Shown here piece by piece: positions 1-10,897 of a stretch of 64,000 bases of DNA. The DNA comes from an uncultured Pseudomonadota bacterium (GTDB taxonomy: Bacteria; UBA10199; JACPAL01; GCA-016699445). A model generated the notes under the pieces. That model searched no databases. It was not told the DNA's origin and saw nothing but the letters and a program-made list of their open reading frames with translations. Position 1 is the first letter of the stretch; each line of letters begins with the position of its first letter. The stretch is from NCBI GenBank assembly GCA_964555055.1, contig CAZKQW010000001.1:329196-393195 (forward strand), in the 5' to 3' direction. The position numbers and the translations under genes were made by a program.

Positions 1-1
1 G

Positions 2-817
2 ATCCAGAAAAAGAAGGCCTTGGGCGAAAAGATCACGATGGTCACCTGCTACGACGCGACCTTCGCGCGTCTCGTCGACCAGGCCGGGATCGACCTGGTA
101 TTGGTCGGGGACTCCTTAGGCATGGTGATCCAAGGCCAAAAGAATACGCTTCCCGTCACCCTTGAGGACATGATCTACCACACCGCAGCCGTATCGCGCG
201 GGCTCTCGAATCCCGTTATCGTCGCGGACATGCCCTTCATGTCGTACCAGGCCGAGTTCGGCCTCGCCCTCAAGAACGCGGGGACACTCATGAAGAAAGG
301 CCATGCGCATTCCGTGAAGATCGAAGGCGGACTGGAGATCGCCGAGTTGGCCTACCGCATGTCGCGCGTCGGCATACCCGTCATGGGACACATCGGTCTC
401 GAGCCTCAAAAAGTCCATGCCTACGGGGGCTTCAAGGTCCGCGGCAAAGCCCTCTCCGAAGAGCGCAAGCTCGTGAAGGACGCAAAGGCTCTTGAGGACG
501 CGGGTTGCTGGTCGCTCGTGATCGAAGGCGTCCCCAGCGAAGTCGCGGAGAAAATCACCCAGTCCGTTTCCATCCCGACCATTGGGATCGGGTCCGGGCC
601 GGATTGTGACGGGCAAGTCTTGGTCCTCTACGATCTTTTAGGCCTCGACCCGAGTTTCAAGCCGAAGTTCGTCAAACGCTACGCCGATTTGGCTACGGCC
701 ACGACGGAGGCCCTGCGCGCCTATGTCGACGAGGTGAAGACGAAACGCTTCCCGGCGGAGGAGCACCAATTCCACCGTCTTTCCCTCGTCACGCCCTTGA
801 AGAAGAAACTCTCATGA
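2..817 (+). CDS. panB: 3-methyl-2-oxobutanoate hydroxymethyltransferase, 5' end cut by window edge
   Basis: Frame is open back to base 2. 'ITMVTCYDATFARL' and 'VLVGDSLGMV' are PanB family motifs. 4-nt overlap with panC. Confidence 0.9.
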   Translation: MQKKKALGEKITMVTCYDATFARLVDQAGIDLVLVGDSLGMVIQGQKNTLPVTLEDMIYHTAAVSRGLSNPVIVADMPFMSYQAEFGLALKNAGTLMKKGHAHSVKIEGGLEIAELAYRMSRVGIPVMGHIGLEPQKVHAYGGFKVRGKALSEERKLVKDAKALEDAGCWSLVIEGVPSEVAEKITQSVSIPTIGIGSGPDCDGQVLVLYDLLGLDPSFKPKFVKRYADLATATTEALRAYVDEVKTKRFPAEEHQFHRLSLVTPLKKKLS

Positions 818-1647
818 TCGTGCTCGCCAGCCGCGCCGAGTTGGACGCCTGGAGGGACCGTGTGACAACCTCTCTCGCCTTCGTCCCGACCATGGGAGCC
901 TTGCACGAAGGCCATGCGTCTTTGTTCCGCGAAGCGAGACGGCATGGAGGCACGGTAATCGTCAGCATCTTCGTCAACCCCACCCAGTTCAACGACCCCA
1001 AGGATTTTGAAAAATACCCGCGCACCTTCGACGCCGACCTCGAAACATGCCGGGCCGCCGGCGTCGACGCCGTGTTCGCGCCGACGGTCGCGGACATGTA
1101 TCCAGCAGGCGCATCCGACCCGTCGATCCCCCTGCCCGCCGTCGCCCTTCCGTTGGAAGGGGCTTTAAGGCCCGGCCATTTCGAAGGCGTCGTGACGGTG
1201 GTCGCCAAACTCTTCCGGCTCGTGCGGCCTACGGCGGCGCTTTTCGGCTTGAAGGATTACCAGCAAGTCCGGGTCATCCAAGAGATGACGCGGAAGCAAC
1301 GGCTTCCCGTGACGATCATCCCCTGCCCCATCGTTCGCTCCACGGAAGGACTCGCCTTGAGCTCGCGCAACGCCCGTCTCTCGCCAGAAGGACTCGTCAA
1401 GGCCTTACGGATTTCCGCAGCGCTCCGTCTCGCCCAAAACCTTTTCGCGAACGGCACGAAGGATGCATCTTCTCTCGAAGGCCGGTTACGGGATTTCCTC
1501 TCCCAAGATTCGGCCCTCAAGATAGACGCGGTGGACGTCGTCGACGCGGAAACGCTGCGGACCCCCCGCCCGGGGAAGCCCCTCTTGGTGGCCGTGGCGG
1601 TGTTCGTGGAGGGCGTCCGCTTAATTGACAATTGTCTTCTCGGATGA
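814..1647 (+). CDS. panC: pantoate--beta-alanine ligase
   Basis: 'FVPTMGALHEGHASL' and 'IFVNPTQFNDPKDFEKYPR' are typical PanC motifs. Translationally coupled to panB. Confidence 0.92.
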   Translation: MIVLASRAELDAWRDRVTTSLAFVPTMGALHEGHASLFREARRHGGTVIVSIFVNPTQFNDPKDFEKYPRTFDADLETCRAAGVDAVFAPTVADMYPAGASDPSIPLPAVALPLEGALRPGHFEGVVTVVAKLFRLVRPTAALFGLKDYQQVRVIQEMTRKQRLPVTIIPCPIVRSTEGLALSSRNARLSPEGLVKALRISAALRLAQNLFANGTKDASSLEGRLRDFLSQDSALKIDAVDVVDAETLRTPRPGKPLLVAVAVFVEGVRLIDNCLLG

Positions 1648-1669
1648 ATTCAACTAGGCAGGCCCGCTT

Positions 1670-2935
1670 ATGACTTCTTTGAAGGCCTATGCCGCTGATT
1701 TCATCCTCCCGATCACCTCAAAACCGCTCGCTAACGCCGCGATCGTGGTGGAAGGCCGCGAGATCATCGACATCGACGCGAAGGAAGAAATCGTCCAACG
1801 CTACCCGTCGCTCGACCTGGAAGATTGCGGGCAATCCGTCCTCATGCCGGGACTCGTCAACGCCCACACCCATTTAAACCTCCTGTTTTTCGACGCGGGC
1901 AACAGGGACGGCGCGAAGCCGGCCTTCTTTGAATCCCTCATGGGAAGTTGGCTCTTTCAAAAAGGCCAGACCCTCACCGACAGGCGCCAAGCCTTGGAGG
2001 AGGGCCTCCAGCAATTGGCGCGCTCTGGCACCACGACGGCGGGCGACACCGGCCAGTTCTTCGGCCTCGTGCCCCAAGCCATCAACGCGCCCCTGCGCAT
2101 GGCGCTTTTTCCCGAAATCCTCACGGGCGGGGACAACCAAATTCAGGAAGCGTACGAGGCGGCGTTCACCCAAGTCGACGAGATCCAGGCGTCGCGCGTG
2201 AATAAGGTCACGGCGGGACTTGCCCCCTACGCGGGCTACACGCTTTCCAAACACCTCCTGAAGATCGTCTCGCAACAAGCCTCACAAACGCCCTTAAAGA
2301 TCCATGCGGCCGAGACGTTTGCCGAGATGCAGTTCTTCTACGAGTCGTCGGGGGAAATCGCGGAAAAACTCTTCCCCCAGATGGGTTGGGCCGATCACCT
2401 CCCCCCTCCCCATCGGAAAACGCCCGTCCAATACCTCCATTCGATCGGCGTCTTGGATGCGGCTCCGGCTTTGATCGGCGGCAACCAGCTTTCCGAGACC
2501 GATCTGGAGCTCATCGCGAAGACCCGGACGAAGATCATCCATTCGCCGCGCTACAACGCCCACTTTAACCTCGGCAAACCTCCCCTAAAAAAACTCCGGG
2601 AACTCGGAGTCCCCGTCGCCCTAGGCACGAACGCCTTGGCTTCGCTGTATTCCCTCTCCCTCTGGGACGAAATGAGGTTCCTCAAGGACCGTTCCCCGGA
2701 GAACGACGCCCCGACACCGAAGGACATCCTAGAGATGGCGACGATCGAGGGAGCCAAAGCCTTGAGCCTGGATCGTAAGATCGGTTCATTGGAGAAGGGA
2801 AAGGACGCCGACTTCATCGTCGTCCACATTCCGAAGGACATGGCGGCCGGCGACTTGGCGACCTGGCTCATCGATCATGTCACCGCCCGGGAGATCACCT
2901 CCGTGTTCGTCGAAGGGAAGAAAGTAAAGCTCTAA
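1670..2935 (+). CDS. amidohydrolase-family protein (MtaD/deaminase-like)
   Basis: 'LMPGLVNAHTHLNL' metal-binding HxH motif. The 421-aa length and C-terminal 'GSLEKGKDADFIV' are typical of the amidohydrolase superfamily. Confidence 0.7.
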   Translation: MTSLKAYAADFILPITSKPLANAAIVVEGREIIDIDAKEEIVQRYPSLDLEDCGQSVLMPGLVNAHTHLNLLFFDAGNRDGAKPAFFESLMGSWLFQKGQTLTDRRQALEEGLQQLARSGTTTAGDTGQFFGLVPQAINAPLRMALFPEILTGGDNQIQEAYEAAFTQVDEIQASRVNKVTAGLAPYAGYTLSKHLLKIVSQQASQTPLKIHAAETFAEMQFFYESSGEIAEKLFPQMGWADHLPPPHRKTPVQYLHSIGVLDAAPALIGGNQLSETDLELIAKTRTKIIHSPRYNAHFNLGKPPLKKLRELGVPVALGTNALASLYSLSLWDEMRFLKDRSPENDAPTPKDILEMATIEGAKALSLDRKIGSLEKGKDADFIVVHIPKDMAAGDLATWLIDHVTAREITSVFVEGKKVKL

Positions 2936-3396
2936 TGGCTGAGAAAGGCGAAAAGGTCGTTTGCTCCAACCGCCAAGCGGGTTTTCGCTACGAGCTCCTC
3001 GACAAGATCGAAGCGGGCCTGATGCTCGTCGGCAGCGAAGTGAAATCCCTGCGGGACGGCCACGCCCAGCTCACCGACGCTTACGTGACGCACCATCAGG
3101 GCGAGTTCTTCCTCTATAAGGCTCACATTTCGCATTACCCGCCGGCCAACCAATTCAACCACGATCCCACGCGCACGCGGAAACTCCTGCTGCATCACCA
3201 TCAAATCGAGCACCTGATGGGAAAAATCAAAGAGCGCGGCCTCACACTCATTCCCACGAAGATCTACTTTAAGGCCGGAAAAGCGAAATGCGAAATCGCC
3301 CTCGCCCGCGGCAAGAAAACGATCGACAAGAGGGAGACGATCAAAAAAAGGGATCAGAAACGGGAAATTGAGAGGACGTTAAAAAGACACCGATAG
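2935..3396 (+). CDS. smpB: SsrA-binding protein
   Basis: 'NRQAGFRYELLDKIEAGLMLVGSEVKSLR' and 'LIPTKIYFKAGKAKCEIALARGKK' match SmpB along the full length. Confidence 0.92.
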   Translation: MAEKGEKVVCSNRQAGFRYELLDKIEAGLMLVGSEVKSLRDGHAQLTDAYVTHHQGEFFLYKAHISHYPPANQFNHDPTRTRKLLLHHHQIEHLMGKIKERGLTLIPTKIYFKAGKAKCEIALARGKKTIDKRETIKKRDQKREIERTLKRHR

Positions 3397-3497
3397 AATA
3401 TTATCGGCATCGAATTAAGCTTACGCCACGTTTGGAAGAGCTACTTTCCATGTCTATGATGCTTTGATTCATCACATGATGCATTATGAATCCTATA

Positions 3498-3526
3498 TTG
3501 ACATCATTAAAATAGATTTTTATTAT
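3498..3526 (+). promoter_or_regulatory. candidate sigma-70 promoter of the toxin-antitoxin pair (TTGACA-17 nt-TATTAT)
   Basis: TTGACA at 3498-3503, a 17-nt spacer, TATTAT at 3521-3526, then ATG at 3535 (near-leaderless). An inverted repeat GATTCAT/ATGAATC (3466-3472/3486-3492) lies just upstream. Confidence 0.35.
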
Positions 3527-3534
3527 ATTTGATT

Positions 3535-3786
3535 ATGGATGCCATCACCTTACGTAATTTCCCTCTTAACTTAAGAAAAATGGTCGAGCAAAAAGCCAAG
3601 ACCGAGAAACTGAGTCTCAATAAGACCATCTTGAAAATCCTCGAAGCGGCTTTCTTCATCTCTAAAAAGAAAAAAGAATACACGGATCTGGACGAGCTTT
3701 TCGGGGTGATGGACGACCGAGAACATCGGAAGCTATCACAAGCCCTGCAGAAACAACGAAAGATCGACCCCAAACTCTGGTCATGA
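3535..3786 (+). CDS. antitoxin (VapB/ribbon-helix-helix-like) of a type II TA pair
   Basis: Small ORF whose stop overlaps the start of the PIN-domain ORF by 4 nt. The N-terminus 'ITLRNFPLNLRKMVEQKAKTEKLSLNKTILKIL' looks RHH-like. Sits in an AT-rich island. Confidence 0.55.
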   Translation: MDAITLRNFPLNLRKMVEQKAKTEKLSLNKTILKILEAAFFISKKKKEYTDLDELFGVMDDREHRKLSQALQKQRKIDPKLWS

Positions 3787-4187
3787 AGCGTATCCTGATC
3801 GATACCTCCGCTTACTCCAATTATCTTAGAGGTCATGCTGGCATCCGAGACATCATCAAAACGGCGGATGCCATATACGTCAACTCCATTATCCTCGGGG
3901 AACTGTTAGCTGGTTTCGCTCATGGCAAGCAGGAAGAAAAAAACAGGGCCTATTTAGAAAAATTTTTGGCATCCGACAGGGTGCATGTGCTCAGCGTCAC
4001 GGAAGTCACGGCGGAACGCTATGCAGCCATTTTCAAGTCCCTAAGAGAATCGGGGAAGCCGATACCTACCAACGATGTCTGGATTTCGGCCTCCGTCATG
4101 GAGCACGGTCTTGAATTGATCACGTGCGATCGCGATTTTGCCGTCGTCAAACAAATCATCGCCCATATCCTTGACACGAACGACTGA
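3783..4187 (+). CDS. vapC: PIN-domain ribonuclease toxin (VapC family)
   Basis: 'ILIDTSAYSNYL' carries the N-terminal acidic residue and 'NDVWISASVMEHGLELITCDRDF' the C-terminal PIN motif. Length is 134 aa. Confidence 0.75.
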   Translation: MKRILIDTSAYSNYLRGHAGIRDIIKTADAIYVNSIILGELLAGFAHGKQEEKNRAYLEKFLASDRVHVLSVTEVTAERYAAIFKSLRESGKPIPTNDVWISASVMEHGLELITCDRDFAVVKQIIAHILDTND

Positions 4188-4221
4188 TGGATTGATGGGG
4201 ATCCTAACTAAGGAGACAGCC

Positions 4222-5061
4222 ATGTTCCAAAAAGACCTTTTGAAGAATAAGACCATCCTCATCACCGGCGGCGGGACGGGGTTGGGCAAATCGATGGCGC
4301 TGCGGTTCGCGGAACTCGGGGCCAATATCGTCATTACCAGCCGTAAAAAAGACGTCCTGGAGGCCGCCGCCCATGAGATCGAGAAAAAAGGGGCTAAGGT
4401 CTATGTGCAAATATCCGATATCCGCAAATATGACGAGATCGACGATGTGGTGGATAAGGCATGGCAGCATTTCGGCACCATCGACGTCCTCGTCAATAAT
4501 GCCGCGGGCAATTTCATCACGCCCACCGAGCTTTTATCCCCGAACGCCTTTAATTCCGTCGTGGGCATCGTCTTGAACGGCACCTTTCACGCCACCCAAG
4601 CGGTCGGCCGGCGCTGGATCAACAACCAACGCGGGGGCCGCGTGCTCAATATGGTCACGACCTACGCTTGGACCGGGTCGGCTTACGTCGTCCCTTCCGC
4701 GTGCGCTAAAGCGGGTGTTCTCGCCATGACGCGGTCCCTCGCCGTAGAATGGGGTAAATATAAAATTCGGCTCAATGCCATCGCTCCTGGACCCTTCCCT
4801 ACCCAACAAGCCTGGGAGAATCTCGTTCCAGATGGATTCGAAGAAAAGTGGAAAAAGCGCATTCCCTTGGCTCGTTCTGGGCGCCACGAGGAGTTGGCTA
4901 ATCTCGCGACCTATCTGGTCTCCGATTTCGCGGATTACATTAACGGTGAAGTCGTCACGATCGACGGAGGCGAATGGGTCTCGGGAGCGGGTGAAATGAA
5001 CATGCTCACCGAGATGACGCCGGAAGATTGGATGAGGATGGCCGAAAGGTTTCAAAAGTAA
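4222..5061 (+). CDS. short-chain dehydrogenase/reductase, 2,4-dienoyl-CoA reductase-like
   Basis: AGGAG RBS before the ATG at 4222. 'ITGGGTGLGKSMA' Rossmann motif and 'NNAAGNF'. The longer track ORF (start 4138) overlaps vapC and was rejected. Confidence 0.8.
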   Translation: MFQKDLLKNKTILITGGGTGLGKSMALRFAELGANIVITSRKKDVLEAAAHEIEKKGAKVYVQISDIRKYDEIDDVVDKAWQHFGTIDVLVNNAAGNFITPTELLSPNAFNSVVGIVLNGTFHATQAVGRRWINNQRGGRVLNMVTTYAWTGSAYVVPSACAKAGVLAMTRSLAVEWGKYKIRLNAIAPGPFPTQQAWENLVPDGFEEKWKKRIPLARSGRHEELANLATYLVSDFADYINGEVVTIDGGEWVSGAGEMNMLTEMTPEDWMRMAERFQK

Positions 5062-5062
5062 C

Positions 5063-5923
5063 TCAAAGACTACGCCTTAACTTCTTGGGTTTTCTTTGTT
5101 CCTTGATGTTTTTAATCCTCTCGGATTGGCGCCGCTCTTCCTCTTTTTCTTCGACGATCCTCACTTGTTCTTCAACCACGGGAGATGGCCTAAAGCTGTC
5201 CATAAAACGTTGATGATTGAGTTCCTGTCGTTTTAAAGCGGCGGCATCGGGTTCGGGATGCTTCATGATGTGCTCGTTCCTGACTCTCGATATGTCCGGC
5301 TTCGGTTTGGGCTGGGCTAACTTTTCCAGATACTCTTCCTCGCCTTTTTCAATCACGATATCCTTCTCGGGGTTTAAAATCCTCTCAAGCTTCTTCTTCA
5401 GTATGATCTTATCCTGACGAATCCTCTTGATCTTGAGGTGAGCCTCTAATTCTTCGGCGGCCCTCGCCTCAGCCCTGCCATTGATTAATTTCTCGACTCT
5501 TTCCCGATCTCTTTGACGTTCTAATTTCCCTAAAAAGTCATGAAGGGCCCGATCGATGGAATCCCTATTCCGTGTTTGATTCGTCAAATCGACTTCGGAA
5601 AAATCGTTAAAAGCCACGGGCGCCTGATCCAGTGCGCTTTTTTCATCGTCGGGAGGCGCGAAGCTTTCGAAATCTGCTTCCATTTCATCTTTAAGCAAAC
5701 GATGAAAATCTTGGGCGAGAGTCGCCATTTTGTGCGCGGAAGTGACGTATTGGTTCATGTTCTGCACGATGGGAGACGTGGCTGCGGACCAAGCTTTTCC
5801 CAAATCTATCACATCCTTCGCCGCGCGGGGACGTGGCTCGGGAACCGAAGAAAGCTTATTCGGATCTCTCGAAAGGTCGACTTTTTCGCTGAGATGTTCC
5901 CCTGAAATATGGCGGATCGCCAT
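5063..5923 (-). CDS. hypothetical highly charged coiled-coil protein downstream of the flagellin-like gene
   Basis: GGGAGG RBS before the ATG at 5923. The C-terminal half is Lys/Glu-rich. No recognisable domain. Confidence 0.5.
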   Translation of the reverse strand: MAIRHISGEHLSEKVDLSRDPNKLSSVPEPRPRAAKDVIDLGKAWSAATSPIVQNMNQYVTSAHKMATLAQDFHRLLKDEMEADFESFAPPDDEKSALDQAPVAFNDFSEVDLTNQTRNRDSIDRALHDFLGKLERQRDRERVEKLINGRAEARAAEELEAHLKIKRIRQDKIILKKKLERILNPEKDIVIEKGEEEYLEKLAQPKPKPDISRVRNEHIMKHPEPDAAALKRQELNHQRFMDSFRPSPVVEEQVRIVEEKEEERRQSERIKNIKEQRKPKKLRRSL

Positions 5924-5950
5924 AAAGGCCTCCCGACTCCCCGGCACCTC

Positions 5951-7703
<1,753 letters not shown>

Positions 7704-7708
7704 AAACT

Positions 7709-8341
7709 ATGTCAGAAAATTCCAACTCCACGTTTCTCCTGAAACGTTTGATGTCCATCACGGGCCTGTTGCCCGTGGGGGGCTTCCTCCTCCAACACCT
7801 CTTCGGAAATTCTTTCATCTTCACTTCCGCTGAAACCTGGAACGAACACGCGGAGTATCTCACATCGCTTCCGATGGTGCTCTTGATAGAATTGGGCGCC
7901 ATCTACCTACCAATTTTCCTCCACGCCGGTTTAGGCGTGGCCATCATCTATAAGAGCCAGAACAATTTCACGAGTTACAGCCTCTTCCGGAATTGGATGT
8001 TTTTTTTCCAGCGCCTGACCGGCGTCGTCGCCTTGGCCTTCATCGCGACCCATAGCTATACGACGCGCATCACGAGCTACGTGCAAGGCTGGGAAATGAC
8101 GGCGGCTCACATGACCCATGTGCTCCAAGACCCGGCTTGGTTTTGGTTCTACATCGTCGGCGTCGTGAGCGTATGCTTTCACTTCGCGAACGGCATATGG
8201 AGCTTCCTCATCACCTGGGGCATCACCATCGGCCGCAAAGCCCAACAGATCTCGTCCGCGTTGACGATGGGATTGTTCGTCCTTTTATCCCTGTGGGCCG
8301 TCGCGATCCTCATTAAATTTTCGTCGTTACCTCTTTCATAG
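7709..8341 (+). CDS. sdhC: succinate dehydrogenase/fumarate reductase cytochrome b subunit (single 5-TM type)
   Basis: A 210-aa polytopic membrane protein with conserved His residues, immediately upstream of sdhA-sdhB. Confidence 0.75.
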   Translation: MSENSNSTFLLKRLMSITGLLPVGGFLLQHLFGNSFIFTSAETWNEHAEYLTSLPMVLLIELGAIYLPIFLHAGLGVAIIYKSQNNFTSYSLFRNWMFFFQRLTGVVALAFIATHSYTTRITSYVQGWEMTAAHMTHVLQDPAWFWFYIVGVVSVCFHFANGIWSFLITWGITIGRKAQQISSALTMGLFVLLSLWAVAILIKFSSLPLS

Positions 8342-8348
8342 GACACTT

Positions 8349-10097
8349 ATGGCAGCTCCAAAAATTATCGTTGTGGGTGGTGGTCTGGCGGGCTTGATGA
8401 CGGTCATCAAGGCCTGCGAATCGGGGGCCGCCGTCGATCTCTTCTCCGTGGTCCCGGTCAGGCGTTCCCATTCCGTCTGCGCCCAAGGCGGCATCAACGC
8501 CGCCGTCAACACTAAGGGCGAAGGCGACTCCACCTACCAACATTTCGACGACACGATCTACGGCGGCGACTTCCTCGCCAACCAGACTCCCGTGAAGAAC
8601 ATGTGCGAAGCGGCACCGGGCATCATCTTCCTCCTCGACCGCATGGGCGTCATGTTCAACCGCACGCCCGAAGGCCTGATCGACTTCCGCCGCTTCGGCG
8701 GCACCCTCTTCCACCGCACGGCCTTCGCCGGGGCGACGACGGGCCAACAACTCCTGTACGCCTTGGACGAGCAAGTGCGCCGCTTCGAGTCCGAAGGGAA
8801 AGTGAAGAAATACGAGTCTTGGGAATGCATTTCCATGGTCCAAGACAACCAACTCAATTGCCGCGGCATCGTCGCCATGAACATGAATACGCTGGAGACC
8901 GTCGCCTTCAAAGGTGACGCCGTCGTGCTCGCCACCGGAGGCCCTGGCCTTATCTACGGGCGCAGCACCAATTCCGCGATTTGCACCGGAAGCGCCGTGA
9001 GCGCCGCCTACCAGCAAGGAGCCCACTACGCGAACGGAGAATTCATCCAAGTGCACCCGACGGCGATCCCGGGCGAGGACAAGCATCGCTTGATCTCTGA
9101 ATCCGTCCGTGGCGAAGGCGGACGCGTCTGGGTCTATAAAGACGGCAAGCCCTGGTACTTCCTGGAGGATTGGTACCCTAAGTACGGAAACCTTGTCCCT
9201 CGTGACGTCGCCACGCGCGCCATCTTCAAGATCGTCTACGAACATAAGCTGGGCATCGACGGGAAAGCCCAAGTCTACCTCGATGTTTCCCATATCGATC
9301 CGAAACGCCTCCAAGAGAAATTGGGCGGCGTCCTGGAAATTTACGAGAAATTCGTCGGCCAAGACCCGAAGAAGGTCCCGATGCGCGTCTTCCCGGCCGT
9401 CCACTATTCTATGGGCGGGCTTTGGGTGGACTTCAACCAGATGACGAACATCCCCGGACTCTTCGCCGCGGGAGAATGCGAATACCAATACCACGGAGCC
9501 AACCGGTTGGGCGCCAATTCCCTCGTTTCCTGCATCTACGGAGGCATGGTCGCCGGGAAGACGGCGGTCAAATACGCGAAGGACCAGACGGGAACGAACT
9601 CTAATGACGAAGCTGTCTTCTCCGAAGCCTTAAGACGCGAGGAGGATTTGACGAAGAAGCTCTTGGCGTCTTCCGGCAAGACCAACCCTCACCACATCCA
9701 TGAGGAATTAGGCGACGTGATGACCGAAAACGTCACCGTCATCCGTTATAACGACAAGCTGAAGAAAACCGACGAGAAGCTCCAAGAACTGATCGAGAAG
9801 TATAAGGACATCGTCCTGCCCGACACGACCGACTGGGCCAACCACGAGATCCTCTTCGCGCGCCAGCTGAAGAACATGCTGGAATTGGCCCGCGTCATCA
9901 CCTTGGGCGCGTGGCGTCGGAATGAAAGCCGTGGCGCGCACTACAAGCCGGATTTCCAGGACCGCGACGACGCCAATTGGCAGAAGACGACCAAGGCGAA
10001 GTTCACGGGCCACGGGAACGAACCCGAATTTAGCTACGAGGAGATCGACCTGCAGTACATTAAGCCTCGACCGCGCCGTTACGATATGAAATCATAA
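8349..10097 (+). CDS. sdhA: succinate dehydrogenase flavoprotein subunit
   Basis: 'VVGGGLAGL' FAD motif, 'RSHSVCAQGGINAA' with the covalent-FAD His, and 'HYSMGGLWVD'. Confidence 0.95.
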   Translation: MAAPKIIVVGGGLAGLMTVIKACESGAAVDLFSVVPVRRSHSVCAQGGINAAVNTKGEGDSTYQHFDDTIYGGDFLANQTPVKNMCEAAPGIIFLLDRMGVMFNRTPEGLIDFRRFGGTLFHRTAFAGATTGQQLLYALDEQVRRFESEGKVKKYESWECISMVQDNQLNCRGIVAMNMNTLETVAFKGDAVVLATGGPGLIYGRSTNSAICTGSAVSAAYQQGAHYANGEFIQVHPTAIPGEDKHRLISESVRGEGGRVWVYKDGKPWYFLEDWYPKYGNLVPRDVATRAIFKIVYEHKLGIDGKAQVYLDVSHIDPKRLQEKLGGVLEIYEKFVGQDPKKVPMRVFPAVHYSMGGLWVDFNQMTNIPGLFAAGECEYQYHGANRLGANSLVSCIYGGMVAGKTAVKYAKDQTGTNSNDEAVFSEALRREEDLTKKLLASSGKTNPHHIHEELGDVMTENVTVIRYNDKLKKTDEKLQELIEKYKDIVLPDTTDWANHEILFARQLKNMLELARVITLGAWRRNESRGAHYKPDFQDRDDANWQKTTKAKFTGHGNEPEFSYEEIDLQYIKPRPRRYDMKS

Positions 10098-10124
10098 GCA
10101 CCGTCGGTTTATTAGGGATCACTT

Positions 10125-10871
10125 ATGTCGAAAACCATCTTATTAAAGATCAAGAGACGCGCCGCCCCGGAAAAGGACGCCTATTGGGAAGAGTTCGAAG
10201 TCCCGTACCGCCCCGCCATGAACATCATCTCCTGCTTGATGGAGATCGAGAAGAATCCCGTCACCGCCAAGGGCAAGACGACGAGCCCCGTCGTCTGGGA
10301 GGCCTCCTGCCTGGAGGAAGTGTGCGGGGCCTGCACGATGGTGATCAACGGACGGGTGTGTCAAGCGTGCTCGACCTTGGTGGACAACCTCCCCCAACCG
10401 ATCACCGTGGAACCCATGACGAAGTTCCCCAACATCCGCGACCTTAAGGTGAACCGGCAGTTCATGTTCGACAGCTTGAAGAAGGTAAAGGCCTGGGTCC
10501 CCATCGACGGCACCCATAACTTAGGCCCCGGCCCCCGCATGAGTCCCGCGGACCAACAAGTGGCCTACGAGCTCTCCCGCTGCATGACGTGCGGCTGCTG
10601 CCTGGAGGCTTGCCCGCAAGTGAACGACCGTTCGGACTTCATGGGCGCCGCCATCATTTCCCAAGTACGACTGTTCAATATGCACGAGACCGGCAAGATG
10701 TACGCCCACGAGCGCCTCGACGCCATCACCGGCAAGGGCGGCATCGGCGACTGCGGCAACGCCCAAATGTGCGTGGAAGTCTGCCCCAAGGACATCCCCC
10801 TCACCATCTCCATCGCCGAGGTGGAACGGCAGTCCACGAAGCACATGTTCAAGAAGCTTTTGGGGAGCTAA
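10125..10871 (+). CDS. sdhB: succinate dehydrogenase iron-sulfur subunit
   Basis: Cys clusters 'CLEEVCGAC', 'CMTCGCCLEACP' and 'CVEVCPK' typical of SdhB/FrdB. Confidence 0.93.
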   Translation: MSKTILLKIKRRAAPEKDAYWEEFEVPYRPAMNIISCLMEIEKNPVTAKGKTTSPVVWEASCLEEVCGACTMVINGRVCQACSTLVDNLPQPITVEPMTKFPNIRDLKVNRQFMFDSLKKVKAWVPIDGTHNLGPGPRMSPADQQVAYELSRCMTCGCCLEACPQVNDRSDFMGAAIISQVRLFNMHETGKMYAHERLDAITGKGGIGDCGNAQMCVEVCPKDIPLTISIAEVERQSTKHMFKKLLGS

Positions 10872-10897
10872 TCACTTAAAGTTTAGACGCTTTACAC

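Noticed and set aside
3397-3528. Possible ssrA (tmRNA) gene downstream of smpB.
   Set aside because: The gap is only about 130 nt and AT-rich. It has no tRNA-like acceptor/T-arm ends and no tag-reading-frame features. It is too short for a tmRNA of about 350 nt.
8313-9494. 393-aa ORF antisense to sdhA. Similar long antisense ORFs occur at 14321-15202 (sucD), 18587-19408 (acyl-CoA ligase), 29867-30598, 30952-31908 and 32250-33437 (spoVR/yeaH/prkA), 35795-36364 (mlaE) and 37435-38148 (proC).
   Set aside because: Each lies fully inside a gene with unmistakable family motifs on the other strand. Their translations are Arg/Gly/Asp/His-rich with low complexity, typical of GC-rich shadow frames.
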